Assembly (NCBI RefSeq): GCF_009914755.1
Contig: NC_060933.1
Origin: the human T2T-CHM13v2.0 reference genome, Homo sapiens
Reading direction: 5' to 3' (one strand)
Length of the DNA: 64,000 nt
Position numbers and translations under genes: made by a program. Numbering within the stretch: the stretch's first letter is position 1; each line of letters opens with the position of its first letter. The notes below the pieces were generated by a model that was given only the letters and a program-made list of their open reading frames with translations, made no database searches and had not been told where the DNA came from. This document shows, one piece after another, positions 54,536 through 64,000 of this stretch.

Positions 54536-55129
54536 ACCCTCTGCCGTAGAGGTTAGGTTGGTTCTTCTCCAGGCTGTGGGTTATCAGCCTAAGAAGATTT
54601 TGCACACTGTCTACCAGATAATCTCTTGCTATAATAATGTCCTTAGAAGGAAAACTTTGTAATTTTTTTTTTTTTACTGTTCTCCAAACTTCTATCCTGA
54701 AAAACTTTGTAATTTTATAAAGAGTCAACTCATAATAGCAATAGTGATTTTACTGCAGTCCAAAGTTCAAAAGTTGTATTTCAGAAATGAGGCCTTAATC
54801 CAAAGGCGAACAATATTTGGCAGAACAAGGCAGTAAAAATTTACCAGCAAGCAAGTAAATAAAGAACCTAAGAGTCATAGAGCACATAGCAATAAAGAAA
54901 TGTTAGCCTAGTTGCCTTTTACCAAAGACTAGCCCTCAAACCAACATTGCTATTAATCTGTCACTATCTGGAGAAGCTGGCCTGGTGGTTTGTCACAGAT
55001 TAGATTGTGCAAAAAAGCTATCAGCCTGCTGTTGAGCCAGAAGGCAGTTAGAAGAGGTATGGAAGAGGAAGAAGGAAGATTGCTGCTAGTAAAATCCCGC
55101 TCTGGCTCCCTCAAACTGATTGGATTCAT

Positions 55130-55859
55130 TTAGAAAGAGTATTCAATCTCCTGTGCAGAATTACTGAAATTACATTTTGTATTTGCATTACCTTTGAACT
55201 ATATGTTCTGTAGCTTGTACATGCATATGCATTTCATTCTTACTAGAACAGTATAAGTGGTGCACAAAACTAACTCAATTGTTTTAAATTCACTTCTTGA
55301 TATGTGAACATTCTACCAATGCTGTCTACCTTTGGCTCACTGATGAGTAAAGATGGCCTAAAAGGAAACCAGGCTAAATGATTGCCCGAAACAGGAAAGT
55401 AACACAAGCAAGAAAACATATGACAGGGCTTGTTGGCCATTTGAAGTTAAGTTCTGCTTTCAATAAAAAGTATGGTCTCTTAGGACGGCCAGTGCCCCCA
55501 GCCCCCGACCCCCTGGCTTACCTAGTTCTAGAAATAACACTCTTACCTCATACTTGTTTGAACCTCACTGAACTTCTACATGCTGTGGGTCTGCTGGAAT
55601 TTTGTGCTCACGAGGCGTGGTTGGCACTCCATGTGAATATGGCAGCAGGGAACAGGGGGCACACAGATTGCCTGAATCTATTCTGGTAACCTGTATGTTC
55701 CCATGTTCCATCAGATTTTGCTTAGAAAACACATATTCAAAGCTCAAACTATTAAGAATTTCAAGATGGTGCCAACAAAGCATTAAACCAAACATGGGGC
55801 CCTTCTGAGTGAGGGTTCTCTGGGGCTGCCCAGGTTGCACTGCTATGAAGCTGGCCCTG
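55130..55859 (-). mobile_element. MER45-family (hAT-Tip100) element
   Basis: Terminus reads CAGGGCCAGCTTCATAG...CTCAGAAGGGCCCCATGTTTGGTTTAATGCT on the minus strand; left boundary approximate. Confidence 0.65.
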
Positions 55860-56152
55860 AGGACAGTGAAGGAAAATGCACTGCAGATGAAGCGATTGCA
55901 GCATTTCAGAAAGGATTTGGCAATTTGTGTGATATTCATACCTAATAGACTCATACTCCATTTCTGGGGATGTATCTCAATGTTCTAATTAAAGCTTTAC
56001 TTTCAAAGTTGCTCATGACAGAATTGCCATGAGAGAAGTGAACAACCAGTTATAACCTAAATATATAGTTTAAAAAGATTAATTAAATAAATATTTCTTT
56101 GATAAAGTATTATGCATCCAGTAAAACCCATGGAGACTGTGTCAACGCATGA

Positions 56153-56534
56153 TGATATGGTTAGGTTTCGTGTCCCCACCCAAATCTCATCTTGAATTAT
56201 AGTCCCCATAATTCCCATAATCCCCACATTTCAAGGGAGAGATCAGGTGGAGGTAATTGGATCATGGTTTCCCCCATGCTGTTCTTGTGATAGTGAGTGC
56301 GTTCTCACAAGATCTGATGGTTTTATAAGGGCCTCTTTACCCTTTGCTTAGCACTTCTCCTTCTTGCTGCCTTGTGAAGAAGGTGCCTTGTTTCTCCCTT
56401 GCCTTCCACCATGATTGTAAGTTTCCTGAGGTCTCCCCAGCCATGCTGAACTGTGAGTCAATTAAACCTCTTTCCTTTATAAATTACCCAGTCTTGGGCA
56501 GTTTTTTACAGCAGTATGAAAATGGAAGAATACA
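56153..56534 (+). mobile_element. THE1D solo LTR
   Basis: TGATATGGTT...AATACA; perfect TSD CATGA at 56148-56152 and 56535-56539. Confidence 0.9.
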
Positions 56535-57049
56535 CATGAGAAAATGTGTCTGCTTAAATGTTAGTGGAAAACAAAAAGATGTACTATTTCATGCTACATA
56601 CTCTGATTTCATATTTATATATTTGAAATAATATTATATAGATTATATATGTAAAATATGTATCTGTATCTTCAAGTAAATGTTAGTCAAATACTTCACA
56701 GTCTTTGCATATTAGATTATTAGGCACTTTTCTTTATTCTTTATTTTAGTTTCTACTTATTCCAAACTTTATTGTATGAAAATTTATTTCTTAACTACAT
56801 TTTGTTTATTTGTTACAGCCTTATCTTACTGATGCTCCATAATTCTTTAGGACTTCAGGATAATGAAGACATCGCCATCAGTCAATTTCACATGTTTCAT
56901 ACAGTTTATAATATGTGGCATTTTTAGATTTTTTCTCAAAAAAGCAAAACTATGATTGAATGATCTGGCAGGGGAGACTGGAGAAGGGGTCAGGAGGGTT
57001 CACTGAAGAGAGGAGGCATTTTTTTTCTGCCTGGATTTTCATTGCCCTG

Positions 57050-57390
57050 TATATTAGTCCATTTTCACACCGCTGATAAAGACCTACCAGAGACTGGAAA
57101 GAAAAAGAGCTTTAATTGGACTTACAGTTCCACATGGCGGGGGAGGCCTCAGAATCATGGCGGGAGGTAAACGCACTTCTTACATAGAGGCAGTAAGAGA
57201 AAATGAGAAAGAAGCAAAAGCGGAAACCCCTTATAAACTAATCAGATCTTGTGAGACTTATTCACTATCATGAGAATAGCACGGGAAAGACCAGCCTCCG
57301 TGATTCAATTACCTCCACCTGGGTCCCTTGGAATTCTGGGAGATAAAATTCAAGTTGAGATTTGAATGGGGACACGGCCAAACCATATCA
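57050..57390 (-). mobile_element. THE1B solo LTR
   Basis: TATATTAGTCC...AAACCATATCA; perfect TSD CCCTG at 57045-57049 and 57391-57395. Confidence 0.9.
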
Positions 57391-57798
57391 CCCTGTATTA
57401 GGGTAGAGTTAATTGAAAGCGCTTTATGATGACGCTGCTGAACTTCAAATAGCCTGAGTGTTACAGGAAGTCTATAGGGCTGAGACCAAAAGGACCTAGA
57501 AATCCAGCTCTACCTTGTTCTCTTTGTTTTGTCGTCTCTCTCTTTTTTTTTTTTTGGTGGTGAAAAACACATGATATAAATTTTACCATTTTTATGTGCA
57601 CAGTTCAGTAATATTAAGTATATTTACATTTTTGTGAAACATCCACTAGGCTTTTTTTTTTTTAAAAAAAGTCTTTTTGAGGTATAATTGATCTATTAAA
57701 AAAACTGTACATATTTAATGTATAAGATTTGATGGGTTTAGATGTGTGCATCCACCCATGAAACCATCACCACAGTCAAAGTAATAAACAACCATCTC

Positions 57799-58152
57799 TG
57801 TATTAATCCGTTCTCATGCTGCTGATAAAGACCTACCCTAGACTGGGAAGAAAAAGAGGTTTAATTGGACTTACAGTTCCACATGGCTGGGGAGGCCTCA
57901 GAATCATGGCGGTAGGTGAAAGGCACTTCTTAGATGGGGGCAGCAAGAGAAAATGAGGAAGAAGCAAAAGCGGAAACCCCTGATAAACCCATCAGATCTC
58001 GTGAGACTGTTTAACTATCACGAGAATAGCAGGAGAAAGACTGGCCCCCATGATTCAATTATCTTTCCCTGGGTCCCTCCCACAACACGTGGGAATTCTG
58101 AGAGATACAATTCAAGTTGAGATTTGGGTGGGTACACAGCTGAACCATATCA
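57799..58152 (-). mobile_element. THE1B solo LTR inside an L1M fragment
   Basis: TGTATTAATCC...AACCATATCA; TSD ATCTC/ATCAC. Confidence 0.9.
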
Positions 58153-58187
58153 ATCACCTCCAAAAGTCTTCTTGTGTCCCCTATGCT

Positions 58188-58188
<1 letters not shown>

Positions 58189-58234
<46 letters not shown>

Positions 58235-58335
58235 AATATGGAATGGTTCATGAATTTGCATGTCTTCCCTGGGCAGGGACCAGGCTAATTTCTGTATCAT
58301 TCCTATTTTAGTATATGTGCTGCTGAAGTGAGCAT
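58189..58335 (-). pseudogene. U6 snRNA processed pseudogene (body 58233-58335, poly(A) 58189-58230)
   Basis: Minus strand ATGCTCACTTCAGCAGCACATATACTAAAATAGGAATGATACAGAAATTAGCC...TTCCATATTTT aligns to full-length U6; ACAGAGA box disrupted; poly(A) tail; CTGTTTTT on both sides. Confidence 0.95.
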
Positions 58336-58350
58336 TCCAACCCTGTTTTT

Positions 58351-59240
58351 GTGATAAGAGCACTTAACATGAGATTTATGTTTAAACAAAATGTTTAAGT
58401 TTACAATACAGTAAACTATAGGCACTATGTTGCACAGCAGATCTCTAGAACTTATTCATCTTGCATGTAAAATGTTGCAGCCATTATGGAAAACAATATG
58501 GAGATTCCTCAAAAAATTAAAAAAATAAAACTACCATAGTACCTGCAACCTCACTTCTGGCTATATATCCAAAAGATTTGAAATCAGGATCTCAAAGAGA
58601 TATTTGCCCTCCTATGTTTATTGCAGCATTATTCATTGGCTTAGTTTATTTTCTGCTGCTATAACGAAATACCACAGACTGGGTATTTTATAAAGGAAAT
58701 AAATTTCTTTCTTACAGTTCTGGAGACTGGGAATTCCAAGAGCATGATACCAGCATCTGGCGAGCGTTATCCCCTGGTAGGAAGTATCACATGGTGAGTG
58801 AATGTATAAGACAGAGAGAAAAGTGAACCGAACTCATCTTTTTTTTTTTTTAAGCAGGACCCTACTTCTTTGACAACTAACCCACTCCCATGATAACAGT
58901 ATTAATTCATGCCTGAGGGCAGAGACCTCATGACTTTATCGTCTCTTAAAAGTCCTGACTTTCAATACTGTTACAATAGCAATTAAATTTCAACATGAAT
59001 TTTGGCAGGGACATTCAAACCATAGCATTCACAGTAGCCAATATATGGAAACAAACTTAATGTCCATTGATGAATGAATGGATAAAGAAAATGTGGTAAA
59101 TCCACACAGTGGAATATTTTTCAGTATTAAAAAAAGAAAGCAATCTTTTCGTATGCACCAATATGGATAAACCTGGAGGACATTATGCCAAGTGAAATAA
59201 AGCAATCACGGGAGGACAGCTATTGTATCATTCCAGCTCT
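58351..59240. mobile_element. L1MA-like element with 5' inversion (3' end minus 58351-58465; upstream part plus 58466-59240)
   Basis: 'cagcagatctctagaacttattcatcttgca' (minus 3' end) abuts 'gcagccattatggaaaacaatatggagattcctcaaaaaatta' (plus). Confidence 0.7.
58637..59027 (-). mobile_element. MSTD-like solo LTR inside the L1
   Basis: 'ttctgctgctataacgaaataccacagactggg'...'ttcaaaccatagca'; TSD TTCAT/TTCAC. Confidence 0.8.
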
Positions 59241-59720
59241 AACTCTTATTAGCTGTGTGATTTTTGAACCTAAGTTATTACAGCTGTAAAATAGGAATGA
59301 TACTCCTGCCATAAGAGGGTGAATGAGAAGACACCATCAGAACATTGAACTGTGCACTGTGTGCACTGAATCTGTCTTGGAAAAGTCACTCTGTCAAATG
59401 TTGGTTGTTGGTTGTACCACAAAGCCTCATATTCCATATTCCTCTTGGGGATTAGCGGGCCAAGTTTTGGCCATTGAAATAGCAAATTAGTTTCCAAATA
59501 TATTGTTTCCAGGAAAATTATCTTTTCAAAACAGTTATGGTGTTTCATGTCTCACAAACCACAGAGTTTATTGTTCATCATTTCTGCTTCAAAAAAGTGC
59601 TCTTTTTTATGTTTTTAATGTATTCCAAGAAAAATTAAAAATGTTTCCATCACGGTTAAAAAAAGAAACAAACCACCTTTGAATTCTAGAGGTGGTCAAA
59701 TTTAATAAAATGAGACATAG

Positions 59721-60028
<308 letters not shown>

Positions 60029-60651
60029 TAGAAAACTTTTATTCAACATTGTTATAAAAGTAAGTCTGCTGTGGTATTGTTTGCTCTGCATTCAGTGATT
60101 GATTCATTGACTCACACGCTCAGCATCTGCTGAGTGACTAGAGCTGAGTATAGGGGTGGAGAGATAAGATGAATAAGGTATGATTCCTCTGCCCTCTCTT
60201 CCCTGCACCTTGTTTTCCAGGAGGCAGGCTTGTAAACTAACAATATGTTAGCTGTACACAAAAGATTATAGGAGCCGTACCTGGGGGTGCCAACTCTGGC
60301 TGAAGAAGTTGAGGATGGTTTCCATGGGATGGATCTCAGCTCTCCCAAAGCGCTTCAGAGCTCTTACCCCTACAACACCTTCATTATGATGTGGTGTAGA
60401 TACAGGCTGGCTCCACCCTCAGGGCATGCACTGCTGGTCAGACAGGCAGGTGATTTAAAGACATTTTTCTTACCACTGTCAGCAGTAGGGCCTAAAGCTT
60501 GGTCAGAAGGCAAAATGAAACTGTTAGCAAAGCGAAGCCTGGGAATTCCAGATCCTGGGTCCTTATGTGCCCATTATAACTGAGAACAGCCTTTGGCAAG
60601 TGTACAAATGGGATCACTAGGCTAGAGAAATAAGACCTTTGTTTGTGAGTA

Positions 60652-61036
60652 CAGGTTGAGTATCCCTTATCTGAAATGCTTGGGATCAGAAATGTTTTGA
60701 ATTTCAGGTTTTTTCAGATTTTGATATATCTGCATGTATGTAATGAGATATCTTGTGGATGGAATACAAATCGAAACACAAAATTCATTTATATTTCATG
60801 TACACCTTCTGCAAATAGCCTTAAGGTAATTTTATATGATATTGATTATTATATTTATACGATAATATTTATATGATTATTTATACGATATTATAATGAT
60901 TTTGTGTATGAAACAAAGTTTGTGTACACTGAACTACCAGAAAGCAAAAGTGTCACTATCTCATGTTGGTGCTCAGAAAATTTTGGATTTTTGAGCATTT
61001 CAGATTTTGGATTTTCAGATTGGGGCATTCAACCTG
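60652..61036 (+). mobile_element. Tigger4 (Zombi/MER46)-family element
   Basis: TA+CAGGTTGAGTATCCCTTATCTGAAA...TTTCAGATTGGGGCATTCAACCTG terminal inverted repeats. Confidence 0.88.
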
Positions 61037-61129
61037 TGTTTTTAAGAGATTGCTGGATGAGGGAAATAGTCATTTTCTGATCACCTAGATCAGAATCATT
61101 TGTGGATGCTTGTTGAAAAGCAAATTCCG

Positions 61130-61473
<344 letters not shown>

Positions 61474-62287
61474 CTAATCTCTGGGATTGGGAACTGGCAA
61501 TTTGTTTTTGACCAGTTTCCTGGTTAATTTTACATATGACCTAAAATTTATCAATCGCCAGTACAAGAGAAAGAACATATAGCTCAAAGTCAACAGTTCT
61601 GGTTCTATGGCTTAGGCACATCATTTTACTTTTTTGAGCTTCAGTTTCCATGCTGTAAAATGGGGCTTGAGAACAGTATTTCCCTTTCAATGTGGTTGTT
61701 AGATTGAAATAAAATTATGTGGGTGATGTCACCTCATAATAATAAAATGCCTTGCAGTGCTAAGTCATTGTTATTACTTTTCAAGACAGTGCATTTTCTT
61801 CTCAAAGAGCTTTTAACTGAATGAAAGTCCTTTTATAAATTTGTTGAGGGGCGTGTGGAATAGTCTTTTAGGCTTCTGCTCCTAGTTCTAACTTTGGAGA
61901 TACTGTCAACATAATCAATTTGCATTGAATACAATATGGTTTTAATATACAATGATAAAGACTACCTCGGATTTCTTTATGAGTCTAGTCTAGGAAGAGA
62001 TATGTAAATAAATAATTTCAATGCAATTTGAAAATAATAATTATAATGGTCATAATAAAAATGTTTAAATCAACAATTATTATAATTAACATATTTTGAG
62101 CATTATGATGTTCCTGGAATTCTGCTAAGTGATTATATTTTCTCATTTAAGCCTCATTATTACCCTGTAAGATGGGCATTATTATTTGCATTTTACAGAT
62201 AATAAAATTGTGGCCCAGTGAGGTAGAATGACTTGCTCGAGGGCATACAGTCATAAATAGAAGAGTTCAGATCCAAATCCAAGTCTT

Positions 62288-62407
62288 GGTTGGGTGTGGT
62301 GGTTCACACCTGTAGTTGCAGCACTTTGGGAGGTGAAGCAGGAGGATTGCTTGAGGTCAGAAGTTTGAGACTAGCCTGGGCAACATTAAACAAAAGACCA
62401 AAAAAAC
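62288..62407 (+). mobile_element. Alu left monomer (FLAM-like) in a MIR
   Basis: 'gtggttcacacctgtag...ggaggattgcttgagg...gcctgggcaaca'. Confidence 0.8.
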
Positions 62408-62538
62408 CCTTAAAATCTATCTGTCTGATTCTATCTTCCTCCTCTTTCTGTTGGTCTATAGAGTTTCCAGGAAACTGTTAGGTTTGCATTTGCAATTGTG
62501 AGACGTAAATCCCTAGGCTGAAAGAATCCTCCTTAATG

Positions 62539-63100
<562 letters not shown>

Positions 63101-64000
63101 CTTAAGGGATATTGAAACCAGGTCTCTCTTTTGTAGATGTGAAGTCTGTGACTGGAGAGGGCAAACAATCTGGGGAGGGTCTAATTGGTAATCAGCAGGA
63201 ATCAGCTACCACATGGCTAGCCTAGAGTTTTGTATTTTCTGTTTTTTCCCTATTCATAGGTTCTAAAATGACAGTCCTGTTAACAGAAAGAACAATCATT
63301 TTGTGATCCAGCTGCCCTTGATTCAAATCTGAATTCCACCCTGTCTAGCTATATGACTTGATGTATGACTTCATCTCTCTGAGCCTCTTTTCCTCTCTGG
63401 ACAAGGGAGGTAAAAATACCAATGAGGAGGCTTGTGAAGGTGAATTGATATCAAGGCCCAGTGCCTGGCATACATTATGTGCTTAACATAGGGGAGACAC
63501 CACAGGTAACTGGGCGAAATGTTAAGCAAGGGACAGTGAAGACTGAGAGTCACTTGTTAGGTGGTCATGAAAGCAACCTCGTTGGTTTCCAGAATCCAGT
63601 GCAGCCTTAAGATTTGAGATGCGGAGATAACATTTGTATGTGTTTAGCAGTGTGGTTCAGTGGGGGAAAATGCTTGGCTTTGATCCAAACAGATGTGGCT
63701 ATGAATCTCAGCTCCAGAACCTTCTAGCCTCAATCAACTTGTTTCTTCATCTGTAAACTGAAATATTAAAACTTCCTTCAAGAAGTATTGTGGGATTCAA
63801 CAAGGTATTTTCCCAGTATTTACCCCTTCCTTTCACAACATGGCTTAGAAATTTTATGGATCACTTTTGATTTTACCTTTATATTATAGAAATTTTTGAA
63901 CATACAAGAAAGTAAAAAGCATCCATATGCTGATCCATACACACCAAGTTTCCTGAATTATGGACCTGTTTGCATTGAATAGTTTAGTCTCTCCCCACAG

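Noticed and set aside
57050-58152. Two same-strand THE1B LTRs as one provirus
   Set aside because: Each has its own TSD and the spacer is unique/L1 sequence, not THE1 internal sequence
63985-64000. Window ends on acceptor-like TCTCTCCCCACAG
   Set aside because: Any downstream exon lies outside the window; cannot be evaluated

Overview
This is primate (most likely human) non-coding genomic DNA, intergenic or intronic. I can support no protein-coding gene: every ORF in the track is short and derives from Alu, L1, LTR or microsatellite sequence, or has no recognisable homology. The window is a dense record of transposable elements: about 23 Alu dimers/monomers, a 2.2-kb 5'-truncated L1PB, older L1M/L2/MIR pieces, a two-LTR MSTA (MaLR) element, five THE1 solo LTRs, other MaLR/ERV1/ERVL LTRs, hAT and Tigger DNA-transposon fossils, and a U6 snRNA retropseudogene. 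Family names come from my recall of consensus sequences, not from a search. The best second-look signals are: (i) several microhomology/template-switch scars, especially a 49-bp copy of L1PB sequence inserted into an MLT1 LTR 1.25 kb from its likely donor; (ii) a palindrome- and homeobox-motif-rich ancient element (MER121-like) next to a CArG/ETS/KLF cluster; (iii) a compact CCAAT/GC-box/ETS promoter-like module near 44.9 kb; (iv) a perfect CTCF core apparently created by a deletion in an LTR33. I do not see evidence for a genuinely new biological system.
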